64,000 nt of DNA from positions 36,024,001-36,088,000 of the forward strand of contig NC_086097.1 of assembly GCF_963921235.1 (NCBI RefSeq), given 5' to 3'. How positions within the stretch are numbered: position 1 is the first letter of the stretch; the number at the start of each line of letters is the position of its first letter. The stretch is from Mobula hypostoma (lineage: Eukaryota). Of this stretch, positions 51,294-64,000 are shown one piece after another. Position numbers and translations under genes: made by a program. The notes below the pieces were generated by a model. The model had not been told where the DNA came from. It did no database searches and was given only the letters and a program-made list of their open reading frames with translations.

Positions 51294-52991
51294 TCATCTT
51301 GACTCCGCCTTCAGAGCAGGCGACAAGGCAGCCCTAACAACAGCGAGGGCCAAACAGTCCCAGGCCATCAGAGGGGCAAAGCGTGCAGACGCCCAGCGAA
51401 TCCACAGCCACTTCCAGGACAGTGGCAACACGCGGTGCATGTGGAAGGGCATTCAGGACATCAGCAACTACGAGACAACACCACCTGCCTGTGCTGGAGA
51501 TGCCTCCCTCCCAGGTACGCTGAACAACTTCTACGCTCGTTTTGAGGCGGAAAATGACGTGGTGGCGAGGAAGACCACCCCTTCTCCCAATGACCAGGTG
51601 CTGTGTCTTACCTTGGCCGATATGAGGAAAATTCTATGCAGGGTCAACCCACGGAAGGCTGCTGGACCAGACAGTATTCCTGGCAGAGTGTTTAGAAGAT
51701 GTGCAGACCAGCTGGCAGATGTTCTCACTGACATCTTCAACATCTCCCTGAGCAGCACCGTCGTTCCTACGTGCTTCAAGGCCACCACCATCGTCCCCGT
51801 GCCAAAGAGGTCTTCAGTGTCCTGCCTCAACGACTACCGTCCCAATGCTCTCACATCCATCATCATGAACTGTTTCAAGAGGCTCGTCATGAGGCACATC
51901 AAGACCCTGTTGCCTCCCTCACTGGACCTCCTGCAGTTCCCATATCATCCCAACCGCTCAACAGACAATGTCATCGCTACTACCCTCCACCTGGCCCTCA
52001 CCCACCTGGACAAAAAGGACACATACATTCGAATATTGTTCACAGATTTCACTTCAGCATTCTACACAATTGTTCCTCAGCACCTGATTGGAAAGCTGAA
52101 ACTGCTGGGCCTGACCACCTCCCACTGGAACTGGATCCTAGACTTCCTGACTGGGAGACCTCAGTCAGTCCGGATTGGAAGGAGCATCTTCAACACCATC
52201 ACACTGAGCACGAGGCCCCCCAGGGCTGTGTGCCCAGTCCACTGCTGTTCACTCTGCTGACTCACGACTGTGCTGCAACACACAGCTCAAACCACATCAT
52301 CAAGTTCGCCGATGACACGACCGTGGTGGGTCTCATCAGCAAGAACGATGAGTCAGCATACAGAGAAGAGGTGCAGTGGCTAACATACTGGTACAGAGCC
52401 AACAACCTGTATCTGAATGTGAACAAAACAAAAGAGATGGTTGTTGACTTCAGGAGGACACGGAGCGACCACTCTCTGCTGAACATTGACGGCTCCTCCA
52501 TTGAGATCGTTAAGAGCACCAAATTTCCCAGTGTTCACCTGGCGGAGAATCTCACCTGGTCCCTCAACACCAGCTCCATAGCCAAGAAAGCCCAGCAGCG
52601 TCTCTACTTTCTGCAAAGACTGAAAAAAGTCCATCGCCCATCCCCCATCCTCATCACATTCTACAGAGGTTGTATTGAGAGCATCCTGAGCAGCTGCATC
52701 ACTGCCTGAATCAGAAATTGCACCATCTCGGATTGCAAGACCCTGCAGCGGATAGTGAGGTCAGCTGAGAAGATCATCGGGGTCTCTCTTCCCGCCAGTA
52801 CAGACACGCTGCACCCGTAAAGCCAACAGCATTGTGAAGGACCCCACGCACCCCTCATACAAACTCTTCTTCCTCCTGCCATCTGGAAAAAAGCACCAAA
52901 GCATTCGGGCTCTCACGACCAGACTGTGCAACAGTTTCTTCCCCCAAGCCATCAGACTCCTCAATTCCCAGAATCTAGTCTGACACCAACC

Positions 52992-52994
<3 letters not shown>

Positions 52995-53023
<29 letters not shown>
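52995..53023. repeat. (CA)n microsatellite
   Basis: Direct reading. Confidence 0.95.
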
Positions 53024-53026
<3 letters not shown>

Positions 53027-53215
53027 AACTGAACACCACTCCCTTAGCAATTTTTGCTCATTTCTTTCTCAATTCCTGCTAAAACATTGTTTACATTGAC
53101 ATCTACATCATTTATTATTGTAATTTGTCCTTTACTGTGCCTGTTGTCTTGTTTATTAATTATTGTAATGTCTTGCACTGCTCTGTGCACTTTATGTAGT
53201 CCCGTGTAGGCCTGA

Positions 53216-53482
53216 AGTCTAATGTAGTTTTGTGTTGTTTCAGGTAGTCTAGTGTAGTTTTGTATTGTTTCAGTTAGTCTAGTGTAGTTTTGTGTTGTTT
53301 CAGGTAGTCTAGTGTAGTTTTGTGTTGCTTCAGGTAGTCTAGTGTAGTTTTGTGTTGCTTCAGGTAGTCTAGTGTAGTTTTGTGTTGTTTCAGGTAGTCT
53401 AGTGTAGTTTTGTGTTGCTTCAGGTAGTCTAGTGTAGTTTTGTGTTGCTTCAGGTAGTCTAGTGTGGTTTTGTGTTGTTTCA
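53216..53482 (+). repeat. 30-bp tandem repeat, about 9 copies, in the Rex1-like 3' UTR
   Basis: Unit agtgtagttttgtgttg(t/c)ttcaggtagtct, visible in phase across consecutive 60-nt lines. Confidence 0.95.
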
Positions 53483-54825
53483 TGTAGCACCAGGGTCCTG
53501 GAGGATCATTTTTTTCATTTTTACTGGATACTGTACCAGCAGTTATGGTTGAAATGACAATAAAAACGACTTGACTTGACTTGACTGTCCACAAGAATCT
53601 TCATTGAAGAAAAACAATTGTAGAATGGTGCCTCCTTTATTAAATGTACTAGATTTTCCTTACTCCCTACCATCCCAACCAAACCTCTCACAAACAGTCC
53701 AGCCCATTCCACCCCACCCCACGTTATATAGAACCACCCCTCCCAACTTCAGAGGTCAAGCACGCAAGACTGATTCAGTTGTGCTTGGGCATTGTGTTCA
53801 ATGGAGTATTGCTGTAAAGGGCCCCAGGACAACACATGCAACACTTCTAACAGATGCAACACTTCCTTGGCCATGTACACTTCCTGCTGGGGCCACTTAT
53901 GTTGTAAAACAAGACAATGTTAAAGCCTGCTATGTAAGTAAACTACTTGAACGTTGCCACGTTCAGCTTTGGAATCACTTTAGCACCTGAAGCCCATTTG
54001 TTGCCCCACCATTATTCCTTAAATAACACAAAATTGCTCTTACATCATTACGGTACTATTAAGATACCAGGGACAGAAATACGAGACACCACTAGAAAGA
54101 CTTGAACGACTTGCATTGTGGTTGCCATGGCAGAAGTCTGAATAGGGATTATTATTAACCTTCATCCTATTGTCTTTCTGACAGTCCGTGAAACACTGAG
54201 GCCCTGTAGCTTCTCTGCAACTTTCAAGTCTGTGTTCAAGTATGCAGATGATTTCAACTAAAATGGATTTTTATGAACCTTTATTATTCCTCAACGGAAG
54301 CGTGGAATTGCCTGTGAGAATTGAGCTAGCAATTCATTTCCAAAAAAAAACCTTAAATCCTTTGAATTCTGAATGCAACGTCCCTACAGGGATTATGATT
54401 TTAACTGAACCAGGCAAGATAAGTAAACAGCTATTTTTTGTCCTCAATACTGGTTTTTTAAAAAATCTATTAGAATGCTTAACTTTCAAATACCCTCTGA
54501 AGTTCTGTACAACTGGTAGAATCTCAACTTGTGATGTCTTGGAAATTCACAAGTACAAGTAGATAGAGCCAGGGAAATGGAGACATTACTGCCCAGTGTT
54601 TTAAGAGAGGTGCCAATATGGTTAAAGTAAAAGATTGTAGAAATGAGTTCTCACTTACAGCTTCCATTGATCTATGCTGGCCTAGATAGAACATCCTCTG
54701 TGCCACCAATGACAACAAACGGATGGTATGCTGCTGGGCAAATCAGGCTTTGTGCCTGGGCCTACTGGCAGAAGTTTTATTTGCACATATGACACAAGAC
54801 ATCATTGAGCCTCTACAATTAAGTG

Positions 54826-55340
54826 GACATGAGAGGGCACAGTTTTAAGGTGCTTGGAAGTAGATACAGAGGAGATGTCAGGGGTAAGTTTTTTACGCAG
54901 GAAGTGGTGAGTGCGTGGAATGGGCTGCCGGCGGTAGTGGTGGAGGTGGAAACCATATAACCATATAACAATTACAGCACGGAAGCAGGCCATTTTGGCC
55001 CTCTTAGTCCATGCCGAACCCTACTCTCACCTAGTCCCACCGACCTGCACTCAGCCCATAACCCCTCATTCCTTTCTTGTCCATATAGCTATCCAATTTA
55101 ACTTTAAATGACAACATCGAACCTGCCTCAACCACTTCTGCTGGAAGCTCATTCCACACAGCTACCACTCTCTGAGTAAAGAAACGATAGGGTCTTTTAA
55201 GAGACTCCTGGATGGCTACATGGAGCTTAGAAAAATAGAGGGCTATGGGTAAAGCCTAGGTAGTTCTTAGGTAGGGCTATGTTCGGCACAGCTTTGTGGG
55301 CCAAAGGGCCTGTATTGTGCTGTAGGTTTTCTATGTTTCT
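54826..55340 (+). mobile_element. CR1 3' tail interrupted by an antisense CR1 tail (54954-55180)
   Basis: Host ...ggtggaggtgGAAAC / GAAACgatagggtc.... The insert is nearly identical to 14472-14695. Confidence 0.85.
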
Positions 55341-56439
55341 ATGACACTGGGATTTTCCAGTACTTGTTACACCATTTATAAAGGGAGCTATGAAATTAAT
55401 GGAAACAAATTTCAGGAGTGTAACTTAAAGGATGTAGGTCACCTGTTGAGTGCAATGTTTGTATCATTCATAGGATGTGGACACCACATGACACTAAGCC
55501 ATATATTGTTCATGACTATTCTCCTGGGAATTGAAGGGGTGGCTAATAGTCAACCACAATGCAGGACATGAACTCACTTGTATGCTGGACCAGAGAAAGC
55601 TGGCAGACTTCCACCCCAAAGTTCATAAATGAATTTGCTGGGTTCTTACAACAATCCAGCAGGTTCGTGCTTACCGTTATGGGACTGGCCTTTTACTTAA
55701 AATAGCAAATTCAATTTAAATACCCCAGCTCCTATAGTGGAACTGAAAAAAGCAGAAGTCTAATCCATACTTCTGACTACTAGTCCAGTAATTTAACTTT
55801 TGAGCGAAGCAAAAATCCAAATTCGACCTCTGTACTTTGAAACAGGGGTCAATAAGATGGTTTTATATAGAACAGAAAGCCTCAGGCACCCATGGATATA
55901 AACAATATCAGCATGTTTACCTGAAGTCCGAGAAAATCTGCATGTGTGTGCCAGTTAGCTGTTTCAGAGCAGTGACAAGAGCCATTGCAAATTACAATGA
56001 CACTTGATCACAAGTAAAGTGATTTAGTACTTAAATTTAATCTTTGGAACAGGATTTGCTCTGGAGTTTTAGAGGATATAAGGAAAAGGCTGTTGACAGA
56101 GAAATTGATTGTTGGTGGGCATTGAAAATGACTGACGGGGGAGTTGAGAAGAGATATCATGGCCAGGAAGGAATGAAGACTGGGTAAACTTTGGGATTGG
56201 GTGGTTGGATATCTGGGCGAGAAAAAAATTCAGGGTCATCAAGGAATCAAAAGACTGGCAAGAGGGACTGGTCTTTAAGAGATCATGGAATGAACACTGG
56301 TTGGGGTGGACCAATGGCAGGTCTGGGGTCAACCTCAGAGGGGTCTCAATCTCCAGAGTCTTCCTGGACAACTTGGTCTATGTTCACCTGCAATGGTCAA
56401 AATGAAACATTTCACAAGGAACAATCGCACTTCATTAAC

Positions 56440-56930
56440 AAATGGTGCAGATCGTGAACACAGCGCAGCACATCGCACAAACCAATCTTCCATCCTTGGA
56501 CTCACTTTACATCGCACGCTGTTGGAACCGTGCTGCCAGGATAATCAAGGACACGACCCACCCAGCCAACACACTTTTCATCCCTCTTCCCTCCAGGAGA
56601 AGGCTCAGGAGCTTGAAGACTCATACGGCCAGATTTGGGAACAGCTTCTTTCAAACTGTGATCAGACAGCTGAACGGATCCTGACCCGGATCTGGGCCGT
56701 ACCCTCCAAATATCCGGACCTGCCTCTCGGCTTTTTTGCAGTACCTTACTTTCCATTTTTCTACTTTCTATTTAAGATTTATAATTTAATTTTTTAATAT
56801 TTACTAATTTTTACTATTTTTAATATTTAATATTTGTAATCCAGGGAGCGGGAAGCGCAGAATCAAATATTGCTATGATGATTGTACATTCTAGTATCAA
56901 TTGTTTGGCGACAATAAAGTATAAAGTATA
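56440..56930 (+). mobile_element. Rex1-like LINE 3' fragment
   Basis: ORF 56442-56684: IVNTAQHIAQTNLPSLDSLY...IIKDTTHPANTLFIPLPSRRRLRSLKT...NSFF. Tail aataaagtataaagtat. Confidence 0.85.
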
Positions 56931-58027
56931 AGAATCCACATTGGACAAGCCCTGCCGTATCACTCCAGGAAGTGCCAACCAGAATTCCAGCGTAACAGTA
57001 CAGTCTGAAAGTGAATGCTATCACTATTCAGACGGCGTGCCGCCAAATTTCAATCATGCATCGCCAAATAAAAGTACAATGTGATGCAAGTTTGAGGGCA
57101 ATGTTGTACTCCAATACAAATCAAAACATTAAAAAATGCATAATGCTTTGAATATAAAACAAATGTCTAACTGAATAAACAGTGATTTAATAACGCATTG
57201 GGAATCCTTTTCAAGATAATCACAATTCAAGGTACAGTTCTACTTTTGTATAATGAGACAAGAATTGTTTTCACCAAACTATAATCTTCCTTTCCCTGCT
57301 CTTTAATTTTCATCCAATTAGTGCTCTCACTTGGTGAATCCCTGCTGGTTTCCTGGAATGATTCCTACTGAATAGATTGGGATCATTTCTGCAATGCCTT
57401 TTTTATTCCATTTGTCTTCTTGCTGTTGTATATCCACCATATTATTGTATTATTCCATATACTCCAACAACCTTTAATTCCTTCTTAGCCTTGGAGGCAA
57501 TATAAGTACATCAAATACACTTGGCAATCCTAGTCCAGGCTGCCACACATTAAATGGTAAGCACTTGTTCACCGGAGAACCTGCTGCCTAGCGTACTTGG
57601 AAAGACAGCATCTGAAGCAAAATTCTTGCACCGAAGGAAGTCCACTGAGGAACAGCATTAAATGCTTGGGGCTGCTCCATTAATTTTGGAGCATTTTGCA
57701 ATGGAAAATGGAAGAGCCATTTGGTAAATTTAATCCGGACAACAAAGATCTATTTTAAATAAAACAAAGTTCTGCATACTGATGCAAAAGCACTTGTTGG
57801 ATGCAAAAGTCATTCATTAAATTGGATCCAAAATGTCTGGTGATCATTCCGGCTCAAAACATTACTAACCTGTATTAAGTTGCAGAATCCTCTAAATTTA
57901 ATAATGTAATCAGCAAAGGCTGCATTCCAAAAAGCAAATAACTCTGTCAGGAAAACTAAGCACCATATTTTGGTAACTTCATTTTACAACATAATCCCAG
58001 ACTGTAACTATGATGTTCTACTTTGTT

Positions 58028-58327
58028 CCAGATTTGGGAACAGCTTCTTTCCAACTGTGATAAGACTGCTGAACGAATCCTGACCCGGATCTGGGCCGTA
58101 CCCTCCAAATATCCAGACGTGCCTCTCAGTTTTTTTGCACTACTTTACTTCCCATTTTTCTATTTTCTATTTATGATATATAATTTAAATTTTTAATATT
58201 TACTAATTTGAACTATTTTTAATATTTAATATTTGTAATCCAGGGAGTGTGAAGCGCAGAATCAAATATCGCTGTGATGATTGTACGTTCTAGTACCAAT
58301 TGTTTGGCGACAATAAAGTATAAAGTA
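58028..58327 (+). mobile_element. Second copy of the same Rex1-like 3' end
   Basis: Near-identical to about 56629-56930 (ccagatttgggaacagcttcttt...ggcgacaataaagtataaagta). Confidence 0.88.
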
Positions 58328-61300
58328 AGTACTTGTGATATTTTCAGTCACTACTAATTGACCTCCATAAGCCACAAAATCTAACTAATTCTATTATTTT
58401 CCTGTCCTGTGTTTACTGTTACTTTAACAGCTTTTCTTTACCTATCAATCATATTTCATTCCAACCTCTTTCCTTCTTACACTGCAATAATTTGAAGGTC
58501 TGATTATCAATTTACCTTTGAGTTTTCATCTGCACTTAATTTGACTGACTGCTGTTCCAAAATTATAACCTATTCGTAATGCCTGACCTGCATCAGTTCC
58601 ATCATTTTCTGTCTGATTACTATCTTTTTCATTCCAAAGTCCCAATTATTTTAAAGTTCTCCATTATTATTTGCAAAACTCCAGTTCCAGTAACTAAGAA
58701 TTGCAGCTCAGCGAGTATTTTCTCAGGTATTTTGTGGCAATGATCCCCAGTTTTCTTTGCACAATTATTACTCAGGTCCAGAAGGAGAGCTTGAAATCAA
58801 CACACTCAAATCTCGTGAAAATCAGAAAAAAACATTTAATTTTAAATAACTGGATCATGAGGAATCCTAACAGTGAGGATGCTTCAGGTATTATATATGA
58901 AAATCTAGAACTAGGAGGTTACTGGTTAAAAATAAAGTGGGCGGTCCCAATCTAAAATAGAGACAAGGTATTTTTTTCCTCATTTGAGAAACACATTAGT
59001 ATTTAAAACTGTTTTCCTGAAAAGATGATTCTGTGAATACTTTCAAGACTGTAGTGGCCGGGTTTGTGATAAGCAGAGGTGAAAGCTACCTCATATAAAC
59101 ATGAATACAGAGTTGAGATGACAATTAGATTAGCCATCACACTACTAAAGAGCAGAAAAGCTGTGAGGGGCTGAGAAAGCTTCCCCTGTGCCTGATTCAT
59201 GCATTCGTATCAGCTGTCTTATGGATCCTCTATTTTCGGCAATGTAATGGCACAGAGGAAAATCTTATATAATGGATAAAATGGATCAGTTTCAGGTAGG
59301 AAGTTAATAGGGAAATGCTCTTTTATTCTATATTTTTTCTTTATTATTGATCACTGAGGTGAGTCTAACTAACATTTATGTCATATTAAAGATACATATT
59401 AAAAAAAAGTAAGAGAAGGCCTTTAGACTCATTGGGACTAAGATAGCTCCCAGGAGAGTAATATCATCACTTCTATTTCCCCCTCTGTATTTCTCTGTTT
59501 CCCTGCATCTTATTCTCTCCAACACATGCCAAATAGTTCTCCTTTGATTCTGTTTACCATTGACCTATGCTAAGTGGTAATTTCCAGAGGCCAGTTACCA
59601 GAGCACATTTGGTATATGGCAGGAAACAGGAACAGATGGAGAAAATAAACACTTAAACAGAGAAAATGTGCAGACTTCATACAGAGAGCACCCAAGGTCA
59701 GGTTCAGTCCTGGGCCTCTTCAACTGTAAGGATGCAGTACTAACTGTTGCACACCTTTATATCCAACGAACACCAGAACATATTTCCCAAAGGAACATAG
59801 CCTGCTAAATTGGTTGAAAATAATGTGGTGTCTGAGTTTTAAATTGAGTCACGTTTGTAATTCAAATTTGATACTGAACTCGTGCAACAATAGTTCCCCT
59901 TTCTTCAAACTTTTAAATAGGTTCAGGTCAAAGAACACTATGTTTTGTTTTCATACGATTTGAAGTGGCAAATGGAACACAACTGTAGAAAAAATAATGG
60001 ATATATTGCTGAATAGTTATTTATTAAAATACAAATGAAAACAAATTGAAAAATACAACTGAATACTCCGCAAAAATACAGCAGATTATCAACATTTGAA
60101 AGATCTGAAGGAAGCTTCATACGGCAAACCTGAAGACTATCTTTACCTGATCTATTTTTAGCAATTTTACTGAATGGAATATATTTAAATGGCAACTTTC
60201 CACATCATGAAGAACCCTCCTACATCTGAGTGCCTGCCGAAGGGCCTTGGCCTGAAATATCAACTGTACTGTTTTCCACAGATGCTGCCTGGCCTGCTGA
60301 GTTCCTCCAGCATTTTGTGTGTGTTGCCTACATCTGAGTGTGATGGTATTCCTGAGTCTCCACCCAGGCCTTGCATGACTGACAGTAGTGAAAACCGAGA
60401 GGAAGCTACCACCACAATGAAGGAAGCCCTGGGCATGCCAGAGATGGGGAACCTTCATTGATGCCCTGTAGAACAGTGGTATAATGGGCAGGAAGCAAGT
60501 TTCCAACCTTTTTAATAAAGGTTCATGAAGCATGGACAGTTACTAATGCTACAAAAAAAACTGAAACATGCATTCACACTCACAGGCGTTTTCTGTTTCT
60601 GTTGAGAACGCATAGGTGAGGGAGAAGGTTACACCGTTGAAGTAGGCCTCAGAGATCCGGTCAGTCTTACTGTGATAATGATCACACGGAGAAATCTTTT
60701 GATAGGATGTCCTGGAACTTGTGATCAGCAGTGAAATAGTAACACTGGCTGCTAACCTAGAAGTAACATATCCACAAAAGGTAGGACTTTCCCTTTTTGA
60801 GCTCTGTCAGGCATCAGAATCAGGGGTGTCCCTGGTATTCAGCAACAGTGATGTTATCGAGCTGAACTCATTGACAAGGTTCTCACTGATATCGAGACAG
60901 CAAAATAAACAGATTATTTCTCATTGTTGCCAAATCCATTGAACTCTGACATGGATTTCACACATCTGGTAATCTCCATGGTTATTTTAGGGATAGAGAG
61001 TTTGTTAAGCCATATTTGTGACTATTTACACATTAAACACTTACTCACACCTTAAGCAACAAAGAATATTTTTAACGTATTTGACTGTACGAGTGGCTTG
61101 TAAACACACAAGGTATTATCAGTTTACTGATTTCCTGAAATTAAATTGGAAAAAGACTGCCAGCAGCCTTCCACGGGGAAGAGCCTCACTGTGAGGCAGT
61201 TCCTAAATTTCCACACAAGCATACGCCAGAACCCAGTCCAAGTTTGACTCTGTACTGTCAGCAACCGATGACATTTTTGCTATTAGAAAAAAGCAGCCCA

Positions 61301-62225
61301 TGATCTCCCTGTGCAGAATATTTTAATGGAAACAATACGACCATTCAGCCCAACTTGGCCCTGCTGACCAGCAGACATGCCTCTGTTACCCTGTATCTGG
61401 TCCATAGCCCTCTCCACCTAATCAATTGAAGTGTACACCTACACACTTCTTCAATGCTGTGAGCAACCTGGCTTCAACCACTCTTTCAGGCACTGAATTG
61501 GAGGTAATTACCACTTACTGGGTGAAGACGGTACCTCTCATGCACTCTCTGCCACCTTACCCTAAAGCCATGACCACTAATTTTGTCTACCCCTGATACA
61601 AGGAAACATTTCTTCAGTCTGTTCTATCTAGACTCCTCAATATTTTATACACTTCAGTCATTTCCTCTCTTAACCCCTCTACTCGAAGGAAAGGCGGCCT
61701 AACTTCTCCAGTCTGAACTGCTCCATCCCAGGCAACATCTTGGTCGATCTGCTCTACACCCTCTCCAGAGCTAATGCACCCTTCCAATCCCATGGTGACC
61801 AGAACCTTGGTGACACAGTACTCCAGTTGAAGAATGACTAAGTTTGTTTACAAAGGTGGAGCCAAAGTTGGAAGAAGGGAGAATATAGAAGTCTCCCGAC
61901 TTCTGTATTCAGTGTCTCGACTAATGAAGGCCAGTATCCCCTTTGCCATCCCAACCATTTTGGTCTACCCGCATTGTCACCTTCAAGGATCTATGGGTTT
62001 GTTGTATGAATCCCTCTGTTCCTCTGTATTCCCTACAACTCTTATCATTCATTATTTATGTTCTAGCCTTATAAGTTCTCTCAAAACGCATCACTTCACA
62101 TTTGTCTGGATTAAAGACAATTGCCATTTTTCAGCCCACTTTCATCAATGTAGCCTAAGACTACCTTCTACACTATTACCATCTCTTTGTATCATCTACA
62201 GTCTTATTGATCTTGCTTCTCACAA

Positions 62226-64000
62226 TCATATCCAAGTCAGTCCATAAGACCATAAGACATAGGAGCAGAATTAGGCCATTCAGCCCATCGAGTCTGCTCT
62301 GCCATTCCATCATGGCGGATCCCGGATCCCACTCAACTCCATACACCTGCCATCCCACCATATCCTTTGGTGCGAAACGATCAACTTTCGACTTAAATAT
62401 ACCCACAGGCTTGGCCTCCACCGCAGTCTGTGGCAGAGCATTCCACAGATTCACTATGATTAGGCTAAAAAATATTCCCCCTTACCTCTGTTCTAAAATG
62501 TCCGCTTTCAATTTTGAGACTGTGCCCTCTAGTTCTGGATGCCCTCATTGTAAGAAACATCCTCTCCATATCCACCTTATCTAGTCCTTTCAACATTCAG
62601 TAGGTTTCAATGAAATCCCCATGCATTCTTCTAAATTCCAGTCTGTACAGGCCCAAAGCTGCCAAAGGTTCCTCACATTTTAATCCCTTCATTCCTAGAA
62701 TCATCTTCATGAACCTTCTCTAGACTTTCTCCAATGACAACACATGCTTTTTGAGATATGGGGCCCAAATCTGTTGATAATACTCCAAGCGTCTTATTAA
62801 GGTTCAGCATTATCTGCTTGCTTTTATATTCTATTCCCCTTGAAATAAATGCCAACATTGCATTTGCCTTCTTTACCACAGACTCAACCTGTAAATTAAC
62901 CTTCTGAGAGTCTTGCACATGGACTCCTCTGCACCTCCGATGTTTGAACCTTCTCTCCATTTAGATAATAGTCTGCACTATTATTCCTTTTAACAAAATG
63001 CATTATCGCACATTTCCTAATTCCATCTGCCACTTTTTTGCCCATTCTTCCAATTTGTCTAAGTTCTGCTGCAATCGCATTGCTTCCTCAGCACTACCTA
63101 CTCCTCCACCTATCTTCGTATCATCTGCAAATGTTGCCACAAAGCCATCAATTCCATTATCCAAATCATTAACAAACAATGTTAAAAGTAGTGGTCCCAA
63201 TACTTACCCCTGAGGAACACCTAGTCACTGGCAGCCAACCAGAAAAGGCCCCTCTTATTCCCACTCGCTGCTTCCTGGCTGACAGCCATTCCTATTAACG
63301 TGCCAGTATCTTTCCTGTAACACCATAGGATTTTATCTTGTTAAGCAGCCTCATGTGTGGCACTTTATCAAATGCCTTCTGAAAATCCAAGTAAATGACA
63401 TCTACAGCCTCTCCTTTGTCCACCCTGCTTGTTGCTTCCTTGAAGAATTCTAACAGATTTGTCAGGCAAGATTTCCCTTTACAGAAACCATGCTGACTTT
63501 ATCATTAGTCTCCAAGTACCCCAAAACCTCATCCTTAATAATGGACTCCAACACTTTCCCAACAACTGAGGTTAGGATAACTGGCCTATAATTTCCTTCC
63601 TTTTGTCTTCCTCCCTTCTTAAAGAAGGGAGTGATCTTTGCAATCTTCCAGTCCTCCAAGACCATGCCAGAGTCAAGTGATTCTTGAAAGATCATAACCA
63701 ATGCATCCATTAGCACTTCAGCAACCTCTCTCAGGACTCTGGGATGTAGTCCATCTGGTTCACGTGACTTATCCACTTTAAAATCTTTGAATTTGCCTAG
63801 CACGTTTACCATTGTAATAGCAATGGCATTCACTCCTGCTCCCTGACACTCACAGACCTCTGGTATACTGCTAGTGCCTTCCACCGTGAAGACTGATGAA
63901 TTAAGTTTTAAGTTCATCTGCCATTTCTTTGTTCCCCATTACTACCTCACCAGCATCATTTTCCAGTGGTCCAGTATCAATTCTCGCCTCCCTTTTACTC
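62226..64000 (-). mobile_element. CR1-like LINE ORF2 (continues past the window end)
   Basis: ORFs 63462-63917 (PDGLHPRVLRE...GNYRPVILTS), 63003-63200 (FADDTK), 62673-62960 and 62176-62454; (CATAAGA)-type tail at about 62245. An older CR1 relic lies at about 61340-62225. Confidence 0.9.

Larger units (their letters stand above)
51298..53587 (+). mobile_element. Rex1/Babar-like LINE, 5'-truncated and frameshifted
   Basis: ORFs 51274-52260 ([12 protein letters not shown]...CADQLADV...TIVPVPK...CLNDYRP) and 51771-52709 ([18 protein letters not shown]...KFADDTTVVGLI...KAQQRLYFL). 3' end AATAAAAAC(GACTT)n at about 53559-53586. Confidence 0.92.

Noticed and set aside
53216..53482. CRISPR-like array or repeat-protein ORFs (53044-53490, 53274-53594)
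   Set aside because: The units are contiguous with no unique spacers, there are no cas genes, the context is eukaryotic, and the array lies within a LINE 3' UTR.
57320..57420. Possible SYT16 upstream exon (...KPAGIHQ|gtgaga on the minus strand)
   Set aside because: There is an in-frame TAA a short distance upstream, the phase is 0 rather than the required phase 1, and there is no good acceptor.

Overview
Eukaryotic (vertebrate) genomic DNA, not prokaryotic. The repeat landscape (CR1/HER1-like LINEs, Rex1/Babar-like LINEs, Penelope-like elements, V-SINE-like SINEs) suggests a cartilaginous fish, probably a ray; this is an inference. The only protein-coding gene I can support is synaptotagmin-16 (SYT16) on the minus strand. 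It has five coding exons with canonical GT-AG junctions and consistent phases (46673-46461, 46013-45757, 34950-34507, 31177-30988, 11527-11214; 1418 nt, about 472 aa), encoding the acidic linker and both C2 domains. The N-terminal exon(s) were not identified and probably lie beyond 64000. The rest is intron or intergenic sequence packed with transposon relics. These include a young 5'-truncated CR1 (36.6-40.2 kb), a Rex1-like LINE with a 30-bp tandem array in its tail, Penelope copies whose pseudo-LTRs carry degenerate minimal hammerhead-ribozyme cores, an 804-bp non-autonomous DNA transposon with a 6-bp TSD and a relic zinc-finger exon, a Tc1/mariner-like MITE with hairpin ends, and several nested insertions with TSDs. 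I found no convincing new biological system; the findings are mostly transposon architecture. Repeat boundaries are approximate unless TSDs or TIRs are quoted.
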